From Acidobacteriaceae bacterium (GTDB taxonomy: Bacteria; Acidobacteriota; Terriglobia; Terriglobales; Acidobacteriaceae), in the NCBI GenBank assembly GCA_030041045.1, contig JASHOQ010000115.1:5702-69701 (forward strand): a stretch of DNA of 64,000 bases. The letters are read 5' to 3'. The position numbers were made by a program, and so were the translations under genes. The notes under the pieces were generated by a model. It did no database searches. It was not told the DNA's origin and saw only the letters and a program-made list of their open reading frames with translations. Within the stretch, counting starts at the first letter, position 1. The number at the start of each line of letters is the position of its first letter. Below, piece by piece: positions 29,465 to 40,557 of this stretch.

Positions 29465-30088
29465 TCAGATGATGGCTTTTTGCTTGCGAACGGTTCCCGC
29501 CTCTTTCCAGGCGATGGCGAGGCCGAACCCGAGGAAGACCAGGCTCAACATGCCCAGCAGCCCACGGCCTTTTTCCACGATGAAAGGCGAGGCCGCGGCC
29601 CAGAGCGGCAGCTTGACCAGAACGTAGTTGAGCCACACGGCGCTGGTTGAGGTGTCTTCAACCGCATGCATGATGAGCACGGGAATGGCGGCCAGCGCGA
29701 CGGCCAGATAGCTGATCACCACCGGAGTCACGCGGAACTTGAGGCCGGGCGCGCCTTTGGAGCCTATGGCAAACGCGCGTCCTACGATGTAGCCCACCGG
29801 GAGGGTCAGGAAGCTGGGGCCGCGCACGCCGTCGAGCAGCACGTCAAGGCAGGCCAGGATAACAAAGTACACCAGCGCCGCCACGCCGCCCAGGATCAGT
29901 CCGCGGGTGAGCAGCACGCGATCGTCGAGAAAGTCCTTGGCCGCAGCCGCCAGGCACCGGTCGCAGGCCGCTTTCGATTCCACGCGGTTGATTTTGCCGT
30001 TCACCACCTTGCCGCAAAACGCGCACACGCCGGTGATAGGCGAGGGATCCACCAGCCCGGTTACTGAAGTGCACGTCTCGAAGGTCAT
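29465..30088 (-). CDS. hypothetical polytopic membrane protein with N-terminal Cys-rich (zinc-ribbon-like) segment
   Basis: C..C...C..C spacing (CAFCGK...CDRC), then 4-5 hydrophobic helices. Confidence 0.6.
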   Translation of the reverse strand: MTFETCTSVTGLVDPSPITGVCAFCGKVVNGKINRVESKAACDRCLAAAAKDFLDDRVLLTRGLILGGVAALVYFVILACLDVLLDGVRGPSFLTLPVGYIVGRAFAIGSKGAPGLKFRVTPVVISYLAVALAAIPVLIMHAVEDTSTSAVWLNYVLVKLPLWAAASPFIVEKGRGLLGMLSLVFLGFGLAIAWKEAGTVRKQKAII

Positions 30089-30394
30089 AGCGGAAAGTTA
30101 CCACTGGAGTTATCGGAATACCAGTGAAAATTCTTTAGTTGCAGGTACGTTAGCCCATCGGGTGATTGGACTTCGGAGTAACGAAGGTCGAGGATTTCCA
30201 CTTTCCAGCGGGGCCCTGTAGGCCGCGCGCCGACGGTCCCGTTACTTTCGGGCTATCCCACCCGGCAAGCAGACCTGGGCGATCAACGGCCGCACCTCGG
30301 CCGCGCATTCGGCCATCTCCCGCAGCAGGTCCCCGGCTTTGTCCTCTGTGGCCGCGGCCATGTTATTGCGGAAGACTACTGAAGCTGCGCCGGG

Positions 30395-30811
30395 TTACGC
30401 CGCTTCCACAAAGAGGCGCTTGCCGAGAGCCCGGAGAGCTTGATCGATGCGATCGATCTTGGTGGAGTGTCGAAGATTGGTGAGGCGGTTCACCTCCTGC
30501 TTCGTCGTCCCCAGGCGCCGCGCCAGATCAATGGGTCGCACACGCTGCCGAAGCATCTCGTTCAGCAGGAGAACCTTCGCCGCTACGCTGGGTGATAATT
30601 CGACAACTGCCTGGCCGCGCTTGGGCTTTGACGGCATGGGCACGGGACGCATGTCGTCGAAGTAGAACTCCATCGCCAGCTCAAGCGCTTCCTTGGCCAT
30701 GGCGAGAGCGTGGGTGCGGTTGTTGCCTTGCGTAATGGCAGGAGGGATATCGGGAAACGTGGCGAGTATGAATTTTCCATCCTTGCGGAGGTTCACGGGA
30801 TAACCGCGCAT
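30395..30811 (-). CDS. hicB: HicB-family antitoxin with C-terminal XRE-type HTH
   Basis: MRGYPVNLRKDGKFILATFPDIPPAITQGNNRTHALAMAKEALELAMEFY (HicB fold) plus RPIDLARRLGTTKQEVNRL HTH. AAGGAG RBS upstream. Confidence 0.85.
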   Translation of the reverse strand: MRGYPVNLRKDGKFILATFPDIPPAITQGNNRTHALAMAKEALELAMEFYFDDMRPVPMPSKPKRGQAVVELSPSVAAKVLLLNEMLRQRVRPIDLARRLGTTKQEVNRLTNLRHSTKIDRIDQALRALGKRLFVEAA

Positions 30812-30815
30812 ATTC

Positions 30816-31038
30816 TCACTCCTTTTCGCCCTTCAAGCCCAATTGCTTCTTGATGTCTTCGGCGAGTCCTCTTGGAGACCGTCCTGAGATTTCTTCCACA
30901 GCGGCAATCTTTCGCCCGCTGAAGCGGGCTGAACTCATGGAACCCGTTCCCCTTCCCCAGGCTTGCGCCTGGGGCTACCTTCTCTCGTCCGCCTGCGGCG
31001 GACTTTGCCTGCCACCGTTTGAACTCCGAGCTCTTCAC
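30816..31038 (-). pseudogene. hicA: hicA toxin gene interrupted by a 1-nt frameshift
   Basis: GTG 31038 gives VKSSEFKRWQAK...GKGNG (HicA-like N-terminus). The HicA-like C-terminus ...EEISGRSPRGLAEDIKKQLGLKGEKE* is in the +1 frame, ending at TGA 30816-30818. The span is 223 nt (3n+1). Track ORF 30793..31056 is the read-through artefact. Confidence 0.55.
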
Positions 31039-31115
31039 GGCTAGCTTACGGTACACACTTTTGTTTACTTTGACAAGGCCTGAATTCCTTCGCCGCGCGC
31101 CGGGATTGGGGCGCC

Positions 31116-32300
31116 TCAGGCCGTCCTGAGGATGGAGATCACGGTCAGGTCATCGTCCTGCCCGTGACGGATGGCGGCCTCGGCGAGGCTGAGCGGGGAT
31201 GCGTCCTGATTGAGCAGCGACTGCGCGCGCGCGAAGCCGAACAAGGCTCCCTCGGCATCCCGCGCCTCGACCACGCCGTCGGTGATCAGCGTAAGGCGAT
31301 CGCCGGGCCGCATCTCCAGCGTGGCCTGCTCGGGGATGGCGCCGGCCAGCACGCTCAGCGGCATGGACCCGGCAAACGCGATTTCCGCGCCATTCAGCCA
31401 GGGCGCCGGATGGCCGGCGTTGGCCAGGGCCACGCGGCCCGTTGCATCGAGACGCACCGCCAGGCAGGTGACGAACCCGCCGCGCTTGCTCTCGCAAAGC
31501 CCGCGGTTGAGTTCGGCCAGAATTTCGGCGGGCTCCCGGCCCGCTCGATCATGTCCTGTCCGGCTGCCAGTCCGGCTAATCGTCCGCAGCATGCCGATGA
31601 GCATGGAGACGATCATGGCCGCGCTGATCCCCTTGCCGCTGACGTCGCCGATGACCACCAGGGTCTGGCCGCCGTCGAGCGGCAGGACCTGGAAGAAATC
31701 TCCGCCCACCTGCGCCGCCGGACGGTAGATGCACTCGATCGAATACCCGGGAACCTGCGGCGGCTCTTCCGGCACCATGAGCCGCTGGATCTCCCGGGCA
31801 GCCGCCAGCTCGGTCTCCATCCCTGCCTTCTCCAGCTCCAGCCGGATGCGGCGTTTCGACTCGGCAACCGAGACCACCACCAGGCCGGTGTAGCCCAGGA
31901 CAACGGTGATGGTGACTGCGAGACCGTCAAAGATCAGCCGGTGGTGAAACTGGGTCAACTGTGCCGGGTCGAGACTGGTCAGCGCCGCAGCACCGGGGAG
32001 CCAGTTGTACAGCAGGTTCATGACTACATTCTGGAGAACGAACAGGGGCACAAACGCAATCCAGGAGCGCCCGCGCAGGGTGATGCCGGAGACGGCGTAC
32101 AACGTAGAGAACAGCCCGATGATCACGACCGAGAGAGCCAGGGCCAGGTAGCGCTGGCGGCCCATGCCCATGCCGTCGAACACGAAGCCGAAGCTCGAAA
32201 AGATGAAGAAGACGGCGACGAGGAAAACCACGATGGACCACCGCGGCGTGGTCTTCCACTGGCTCCAACCGGGCAGGGTTATGCGTGATCCGGGTCGCAT
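31116..32300 (-). CDS. membrane-anchored PP2C/SpoIIE-family serine phosphatase (RsbU-like)
   Basis: Four to five N-terminal TM helices, then AREIQRLMVPEE...AAQVGGDFFQVLPLDGGQTLVVIGDVSGKGISAAM...LITDGVVEA. Confidence 0.85.
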   Translation of the reverse strand: MRPGSRITLPGWSQWKTTPRWSIVVFLVAVFFIFSSFGFVFDGMGMGRQRYLALALSVVIIGLFSTLYAVSGITLRGRSWIAFVPLFVLQNVVMNLLYNWLPGAAALTSLDPAQLTQFHHRLIFDGLAVTITVVLGYTGLVVVSVAESKRRIRLELEKAGMETELAAAREIQRLMVPEEPPQVPGYSIECIYRPAAQVGGDFFQVLPLDGGQTLVVIGDVSGKGISAAMIVSMLIGMLRTISRTGSRTGHDRAGREPAEILAELNRGLCESKRGGFVTCLAVRLDATGRVALANAGHPAPWLNGAEIAFAGSMPLSVLAGAIPEQATLEMRPGDRLTLITDGVVEARDAEGALFGFARAQSLLNQDASPLSLAEAAIRHGQDDDLTVISILRTA

Positions 32301-32826
32301 GAGAGTGTTCTCAAGGATGATACGGCGTCACCCGGGCGATGGCGTGGCAGCGTCGGCCGCTTTCTCAAGTCCGAGAATAGGAACGCTTCGGCTTCGCTCG
32401 GGGCCGGGCCTGGGCCACGCGGCGGATCTCGGCTGATTGAGGGAGGGGGTGCCCCCCGGTATTCTGGGCGCAGATTCTTGAAATTTAACAGATTAGGTGA
32501 AATGCTTCTGCGCAAATTCCTCTGGCGCAGGAATTTAGGCACAGATTCCTTTGCATCAACGACTTAGAGCAATGCGGCTGATGCTGGTTTTATTCGGCTG
32601 CAACTAGGATAGCGATTTGGGGGAAATGATCTGCAAACGAAGATGAGAGTTTTTCCGCGTCGTGCTCCCCAGGTCTCGAAGGCAAGACATGTGGCGCTGG
32701 GCACTCTTGGGAATTCCGATTTCGAGATACTTCGTGGCGGGTCGGTCAACACTTCACAGGACGGGCCGTACCGAGGGGCAACAAAATGTCATCGCGATAA
32801 ATCGCACCAAGGCCCTTCAAAACGAG

Positions 32827-33327
32827 CTAGGAAAGTTCGATTTCGTCATTCAGGTAGCGTTCGAGCTTTGCCGGCGACAATGAGATGTCGCCCGATGAAG
32901 GATCTTTCTCCATCTCGATCTTTAGGACTTTCAGATACAGGTCACCAAAGTCTTTCCACACAGAGCTGGATTCGCTTTGTCTTTTGGCGATGTGGTCCTT
33001 CCCCGCGACCCAATATAGATTGACCCAGTGAAAGAAGAAGCTCCGGACTAATTCCGCATCGAGAGCCTTGCGACGAGTAAAAAGCCCAACGGTCTCGAAG
33101 AAATCGAAAACATCTTCTGCCTCTTCTTCAGCGGCGTGATCTCGCAGGGCCAGCGCCGCCCGAGAGCGAATCTTCTTGAACTCGGAAGATGAGAATCGAT
33201 CATCAAGTTTCATTGCTAAATCGGCGGCCAAATTCGCCCTGAAGGCCTTATTTTGTGACAACAGGGTGAATATCGCAACCACAGCAGCTAAGGCGGTCCC
33301 AATCGCTTCCAATGACTCCCACGCCAT
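32827..33327 (-). CDS. hypothetical protein with N-terminal TM helix (possibly DUF4760-like)
   Basis: AT-richer gene. IGTALAAVVAIFTLL anchor. The family assignment is recollection only. Confidence 0.5.
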   Translation of the reverse strand: MAWESLEAIGTALAAVVAIFTLLSQNKAFRANLAADLAMKLDDRFSSSEFKKIRSRAALALRDHAAEEEAEDVFDFFETVGLFTRRKALDAELVRSFFFHWVNLYWVAGKDHIAKRQSESSSVWKDFGDLYLKVLKIEMEKDPSSGDISLSPAKLERYLNDEIELS

Positions 33328-33604
33328 CGCGAGCCTTCTCTCCTCTGCGCTTCTCGCAGTCCCGCAGGCGGGGCCGCCCTTATCGAAATGATACTTGGTG
33401 AACTCGTTTCTTTTTCAGGAAGCGAAGGACAACCGCAGATCCTTCGACACCCTCCCCTGCACTGCGTTCAGGGTCCGGTTTCTCAGGATGACAGCGTCGT
33501 GGTGGTTCCCCGATCGGCGCTTGCCATCAGCTACGAGCCTCGGGTGGTCAGCCGCGCGCCATCGAGGAGCCTGCGTACGCGGCGCTCGGCGCAGCCGGTG
33601 CATT

Positions 33605-33955
33605 TCAGATGGCAATCTTGGTCTCGATGGTGTCGTAGTCGGCGCGCACGCCCTTGGACGTCGACTCGAGAAGCCCAGCGCGCGCGAGCGCCTGCACGTC
33701 GGCGTGGACATTGCTGTAATCCCGGCCGAGCGCCTTGGCCAACGAGCGGATGCTGGTGACATGGTTGCGCCGCACATAGCGCAACAGTTCCATCCGCCGG
33801 CTGGAGAGCACGCGCGCAAGAGCATCCCAGCTTTCGAACGCCAAGTGACGCTCCTGGAACTTCTCACCGCGCTCCGCGCGATGCCAGGCGTCGATTGCCT
33901 GCCGTTTGGCTTCCTCTTCAAAGTCTCCGCCAACTGTAATTTTGATTTCGCTCAT
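33605..33955 (-). CDS. HTH (MarR/wHTH-like) putative antitoxin, TumA-like
   Basis: RRMELLRYVRRNHVTSIRSLAKALGRDYSNVHADVQALARAGLLE. Its start overlaps the upstream partner's stop by 4 nt (33952-33955). Confidence 0.65.
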   Translation of the reverse strand: MSEIKITVGGDFEEEAKRQAIDAWHRAERGEKFQERHLAFESWDALARVLSSRRMELLRYVRRNHVTSIRSLAKALGRDYSNVHADVQALARAGLLESTSKGVRADYDTIETKIAI

Positions 33956-34239
33956 TCGGTACCTCGCAACGTGTGCACGTCGGTCCAGAAATCTGCCAGA
34001 AGCTGTTCGATGGTGGTGAAGACATAGGCGGTCTCGACACCCTGAAAGTGCCGGTGATCGCCCTTCCCTCGTTCGTTGTCATACCCGACCTCGCGAACTC
34101 CCGGCCGGCCATAAAAAAGCGAGTACTTCAAATTGTGTACCGACGGATGGACTGGCGAAGGCACTCGCCAATACACAATTTCCAAGATGGCTCCGTCATC
34201 AAAATCGATACGCTGTTCAAAGAGCAATTCAGCCTTCAT
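33952..34239 (-). CDS. DUF6516/TumE-like putative toxin
   Basis: ILEIVYWRVP...KYSLFYGRPGVREVGYDNERGKGDHRHFQG...YVFTTIEQLLADFW matches my memory of the TumE family pattern (YDN..gKGdHrH). Confidence 0.6.
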   Translation of the reverse strand: MKAELLFEQRIDFDDGAILEIVYWRVPSPVHPSVHNLKYSLFYGRPGVREVGYDNERGKGDHRHFQGVETAYVFTTIEQLLADFWTDVHTLRGTE

Positions 34240-34263
34240 CGCGCGCTCTATATGGCATTATAC

Positions 34264-34273
34264 ACCATATGGT
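34264..34273. promoter_or_regulatory. perfect palindrome ACCATATGGT abutting a minus-strand TATAAT box upstream of the tumE-like gene
   Basis: The minus strand reads ...AAAATACCATATGGTGTATAATGCCATATAGAGCGCGCGATG. Candidate autoregulated TA promoter/operator. Confidence 0.3.
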
Positions 34274-34364
34274 ATTTTCAGCAGACAGATTCGCCGGCAG
34301 CGAGCGGGCCCGGAATCAGGTCGGGAATTTCGCCTCATCTTCGCTCTCCTGATAATATCGAACC

Positions 34365-36356
<1,992 letters not shown>

Positions 36357-36428
36357 GAGGCTTTCCTGCGTTGGATAATTCGATTGAGTCCGGGGCAACC
36401 CGCCGCTTGGGTCACGCCATCCAAGGCA

Positions 36429-37025
36429 ATGAGTTTTTCTATGCTTCGGGGCGAGGGTTTACAAACGCAGGTGAGTTTCAAGGAGGATGACGCAACGGCG
36501 AGCGGACACATCCTCCAGTTTTATTCCAGCGAGGATGAGCTGCTCGACACGCTCTCGGCGTATATCGGTGAGGGACTCCGAGCCGGCGAGAGCGCCATCG
36601 TCATCGCTACGCCGGAACACCTGCGCGCTCTGCGCTACCAGCTTGAGAGCATAAACGCCGACCTGATCCGGGCCATGTTTGAGGACCGCTACATCACCCT
36701 CGACGCCAACGTCGCCCTGACCAGCTTCATGGTCGACGGAATGCCGGATGAGCGCCTGTTCGGCGAGATGGCGCGCCTTCTGCTGCACCGCGCCTCCGCG
36801 TCCAAGCGGCGCGTGCGCGCCTTCGGAGAGATGGTGGCTCTGCTCTGGGCCAGCGGCAATCGCGAGGCCACGGTGCGCCTGGAACGGTTGTGGGAAGACT
36901 TCTGCCGCAAGCGCGAGGTCTCGCTGCTGTGCAGCTATCCCAAAGCCGCATTTGCTGAGAACATGGTGGGCGCACGGCGCAAAGCGGAATCTGAAATCCG
37001 TGCGGCCCACACCCTGAAAATTTAA
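36429..37025 (+). CDS. MEDS-domain (DcmR-like sensory) protein
   Basis: GHILQFYSSEDELLDTLSAYIGEGLRAGESAIVIATPEH...FGEMVALLW fits the MEDS pattern. First ATG at 36429 (track start is TTG 36384). Confidence 0.65.
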   Translation: MSFSMLRGEGLQTQVSFKEDDATASGHILQFYSSEDELLDTLSAYIGEGLRAGESAIVIATPEHLRALRYQLESINADLIRAMFEDRYITLDANVALTSFMVDGMPDERLFGEMARLLLHRASASKRRVRAFGEMVALLWASGNREATVRLERLWEDFCRKREVSLLCSYPKAAFAENMVGARRKAESEIRAAHTLKI

Positions 37026-37227
37026 CGTCGGCTCGAGCATCGCATCGGTTCCGGCGCGGTTAGCTGCTGGTGCCGTTGCCGGGCAGCCTCTCCGGCGCAA
37101 GCACAAACTCAGCCATTGCCCGGCAGACCCCGAGAATTACTTTGTCTCCGCAGGCAACAAAATCAGCGTACCCGTCATCTCACTCCACGCCGCGAATATT
37201 CATTGAGCCCGGGGGCTTTTTAGAGAA

Positions 37228-37608
37228 ATGAGAACGATCCTTCTGGTAGAGGACGATCCTCTGCGGGGGCTGGTGCGCAAATCCATCCTCGATAAGCGGT
37301 TCCCCGATGTGAAACGGGTTGCCGATGCCGCCGAAGCGCTCTGCCTGATTGAGCAGCGCCGGTTTTCCGCCAATCTGGGCCTGGTCATCTCCGGTCATCA
37401 CGCGCATGGCCTGAGCGGTCCCGCCTTTGTGGCCGAACTGCACGCACGCCTGCCCGAAGTGCCGGTGCTGGTGCTGGGCAGCGCGGCAGAGTCTCCCGGC
37501 GATTACGCCAGCAAAGGCGTGCGTTTTCTGGCCAAACCCGCAGCCAAGGAAGAGCTTGTGGCCGCGGCCAGTGAAATGGTCCTCAAGGACGCGCGCCCGA
37601 CGGCTTGA
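37228..37608 (+). CDS. stand-alone receiver-domain protein lacking the phospho-acceptor Asp (pseudo-receiver)
   Basis: ILLVEDDP acidic pocket and LAKP Lys are present. The CheY D57 position reads LVISGHH (GGT, Gly) and the T87 position reads VLVLGS. Confidence 0.8.
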   Translation: MRTILLVEDDPLRGLVRKSILDKRFPDVKRVADAAEALCLIEQRRFSANLGLVISGHHAHGLSGPAFVAELHARLPEVPVLVLGSAAESPGDYASKGVRFLAKPAAKEELVAAASEMVLKDARPTA

Positions 37609-37885
37609 GCGCAATGGCTCGCTCTGCGGCGGATTCTTTCCCGGAATGGTGTCCTCAACCGTTCAATCCCTCTCTTTTCCCTTCCCAGGCTGTGAGCCAA
37701 ATCACACCCGGGACGCCTATCATGGATACAGAATGAAGGGCACAGCCCGGAGCGGAGACCGCTGGGGCGCTGGTTCAGAAGTGCCGGCCCGCTGGCGGGC
37801 TTGAAGCGCGCGAACGGCGGAACTCGAAGCGCTGCGCGCGCGGGAATCGCCCGCGCTGCCGCACATCATTCTGGAGACCTCATCC

Positions 37886-39949
37886 ATGGCAGCATTCGGC
37901 AGTTTCGCCCTGCTCATTGCGCTGGCGCTGGCCGCTTATAACCTGCTGGCCGGCACCGTGGCGCTGCGGCTCATTGCCACGGGCCAGCCCGCAGCGATTG
38001 CGCCCGAGCGGCTGGCGGATACGGCGCGGCGGGCCGGCATTGCGGGCTTTTACGCCGTAACCGCCGCGGCGTTCGCACTCGTCGTGTCGGTTTTTAGCAA
38101 CGATTTTTCCATCGCCTACATCCTGGAGCACTCCAACCGCGCCCTGCCCGCACCCTATAAGTTCGCCGCCATGTGGAGCGGCCAGGAAGGTTCGCTGCTT
38201 TTGTGGGCGTGGCTGCTGGGAACCTACGGATTTGTTTTGCGCCTGCGCCACAAAACCGACGTGAAGCTCTATGCCTACGCGGGCACCATCCTCGCCGGCA
38301 TCCAGGTTTTCTTTCTGCTCATCCTCAACTTTGCCGCACCGCCTTTCGCCCTGCTGCGCGGCGCCATTCCGGCCGACGGCAACGGCCTCAATCCCCTGCT
38401 CCAGTATCCGGAGATGGTGATCCATCCGCCGATGTTGTATCTCGGCTACGTGGGCTTCTCGGTTCCCTTCGCCTTCGCCCTGGGCGCGCTGATGATGCGC
38501 TACCAGGGGGAAAAATGGATCCACATTACGCGCACCTGGACCATGGTCACCTGGCTGTTCTTGACCTGCGGCATCTTTCTGGGCATGCACTGGGCGTACG
38601 CGGTGCTGGGCTGGGGCGGCTACTGGGGCTGGGACCCGGTGGAGAACGCCAGCTTCATGCCCTGGCTCACGGGCACGGCCTTTCTGCATTCGGTCATGAT
38701 GCAGGAGCGCAAGGGCATGATGAAGAGCTGGAACGTGTGGCTCATCTTTTCCACATTCCTCTTGACCATGCTGGGCACGCTGCTCACGCGCGCGGGTCTG
38801 GTGAGCAGTGTGCACGCCTTCGCGCAATCCTCCATCGGCACCTGGTTTGTCGTCTTCATGGGCATCACGCTCGCGGTGTGCATTTTCACTTACGTTCACC
38901 AGCGCGGGCATCTGCAGACCGAGCATCATCTTGAGTCGCTGGTGAGCCGCGAGTCCAGCTTCCTGTTCAACAATCTGGTCCTGCTCGCGGCCTGCTTTGT
39001 CATTCTCTGGGGCACGCTGTTTCCCATCCTTTCGGAATACGTTGAAGGCACAAAGGTGACCGTGGGTGCGCCCTGGTACAACCAGGTGGCCGTGCCGGTG
39101 GGATTGTTTCTGCTGTTTTTGACCGGCGTGGGGCCGCTGCTGCCCTGGCGCGCAACTTCGTTCCGCAGTATCCGGCGCAATTTCATTCTGCCCGTCATCG
39201 CGCTCTGGACGACGGTCATCGTTTTGCTGGCCGTGGGCGTGCGGCCGTGGGAGAACGGCGCGTACTCCTCCGGACATTTCTATGCGCTGGTGGGTTTTTC
39301 CGTTTCCGCCGCGGTGCTCACCGCCATTCTGTCGGAGTTCTGGCGCGGCGCCGCGGTGATTCGCAGGCAGACGGGCCGCAGCCTGCCGAGCGCCACCTGG
39401 GTCCTGACCCGGCGCAACACGCGGCGCTACGGCGGCTACATGGTGCACATCGGTGTGGTGGTGGTGATGATCGGGCTCTGCGGCTCGGCCTTCAACCGCA
39501 ACACCGAGAGCGAGCTCGGCCTGCACGGTAAAATGAGCATCGGCCCTTACACGCTGGAGTGCACCGGGTTCACCCAGGACTCGAACGACAACTACAACTC
39601 TGAATATGCGGTGCTGAACGTGTGGGAGCAAGGCAGGCTGCAGTTCCAGATGACGCCGGAGCGCCGCGTTTACCTGGTGAGCGGCCAGCCGCAGACCATG
39701 GTCGCCATCCATTCGGTTCCCGCGTGGGATTTGTACGTGGTCTATGAAGGCACCAATCCCTCCACCGGCCAGCCCATCATCAAAGCATTTTTGAATCCGC
39801 TGGTGGGCTGGATCTGGGCCGGCCTGGTGGTGATGGTGCTGGGCACGTTTATCGCCTTGGCGCCGAGCCTGAGCCCAGCCACGGCTGTGGTGCGCGTACC
39901 GGCCCCGCGCGCTGCCGCGCCCGAGCCGGTGCTGAAAGGCGGCGACTGA
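37886..39949 (+). CDS. ccmF: cytochrome c-type biogenesis haem lyase CcmF
   Basis: About 15 TM segments. WGGYWGWDPVENASFMPWL (WWD-type motif). Confidence 0.9.
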   Translation: MAAFGSFALLIALALAAYNLLAGTVALRLIATGQPAAIAPERLADTARRAGIAGFYAVTAAAFALVVSVFSNDFSIAYILEHSNRALPAPYKFAAMWSGQEGSLLLWAWLLGTYGFVLRLRHKTDVKLYAYAGTILAGIQVFFLLILNFAAPPFALLRGAIPADGNGLNPLLQYPEMVIHPPMLYLGYVGFSVPFAFALGALMMRYQGEKWIHITRTWTMVTWLFLTCGIFLGMHWAYAVLGWGGYWGWDPVENASFMPWLTGTAFLHSVMMQERKGMMKSWNVWLIFSTFLLTMLGTLLTRAGLVSSVHAFAQSSIGTWFVVFMGITLAVCIFTYVHQRGHLQTEHHLESLVSRESSFLFNNLVLLAACFVILWGTLFPILSEYVEGTKVTVGAPWYNQVAVPVGLFLLFLTGVGPLLPWRATSFRSIRRNFILPVIALWTTVIVLLAVGVRPWENGAYSSGHFYALVGFSVSAAVLTAILSEFWRGAAVIRRQTGRSLPSATWVLTRRNTRRYGGYMVHIGVVVVMIGLCGSAFNRNTESELGLHGKMSIGPYTLECTGFTQDSNDNYNSEYAVLNVWEQGRLQFQMTPERRVYLVSGQPQTMVAIHSVPAWDLYVVYEGTNPSTGQPIIKAFLNPLVGWIWAGLVVMVLGTFIALAPSLSPATAVVRVPAPRAAAPEPVLKGGD

Positions 39950-40554
39950 TGGCGCGCTCACGCGCTTTTACTTTTTGGACAAGAGCAGTGGGGGGTCTGC
40001 TCCGTGCCCCATCCATTCCACGTTCTTTGTGGAATGGGCGGGAAAGAGCAAACCTGGTTTTTTGCATCAAGACCGCGCAAGCGTTGCTGCTCGCCGTCGC
40101 CATCTGCTTCAGCGTGGGTGCGAGCGACCAAAGCGCGCGCATGGATTACCTGAGCCATCACCTCATGTGCCAGTGCGGCTGCGCGCAGCTCCTGGGCGAG
40201 TGCGACCACGTGGGTTGCCCCGACCGCGACACCGAGCTCGCGGAGCTGAGCGCGGCCGTGGCCGCGGGGAAAAGCGACGAGCAGATTCTCGACGGATTCG
40301 TGTCCAAATATGGCGCGGTGGTGCGCGCCGCGCCCACCACCCACGGGTTCGACCTGGTGGCGTGGATTGCCCCCTTCGCCGTCTTTGCCGCTGCGCTTCT
40401 GGGCACGATTCTGCTTGTCCGCCGCTGGTCGGGCATCTCCGGCATGCAGGCTTCCGCCGCCCCGCCCGAAAGCAATGACCCCGCCGATTGCGAGCGCCGC
40501 GAGCGCATTCGCCGGGAAACGAGTGTTGGCACCGGCGCCGAAGGAGGATTCTGA
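39949..40554 (+). CDS. ccmH: CcmH/NrfF-like cytochrome c biogenesis protein
   Basis: The ATG overlaps the ccmF TGA (TGATG). Cys-rich LMCQCGCAQLLGECDHVGC segment followed by a TM helix. The true start is uncertain. Confidence 0.65.
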   Translation: MARSRAFTFWTRAVGGLLRAPSIPRSLWNGRERANLVFCIKTAQALLLAVAICFSVGASDQSARMDYLSHHLMCQCGCAQLLGECDHVGCPDRDTELAELSAAVAAGKSDEQILDGFVSKYGAVVRAAPTTHGFDLVAWIAPFAVFAAALLGTILLVRRWSGISGMQASAAPPESNDPADCERRERIRRETSVGTGAEGGF

Positions 40555-40557
40555 CCC

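Noticed and set aside
30793-31056. 87-aa ORF taken as an intact gene upstream of hicB
   Set aside because: Only its first 30 or so residues look HicA-like. The rest is an out-of-frame read-through overlapping the hicB start. I interpret it as a frameshifted hicA.
32538-32556. Possible sigma-54 promoter (GGCAC...TTGCA)
   Set aside because: The GG-to-GC spacing is 15 nt instead of the canonical 12, and no downstream gene lies in that orientation.
37880-39961. 693-aa ORF on the minus strand
   Set aside because: It is antisense to ccmF and is a His/Arg/Gln-rich shadow frame with no recognisable domain.
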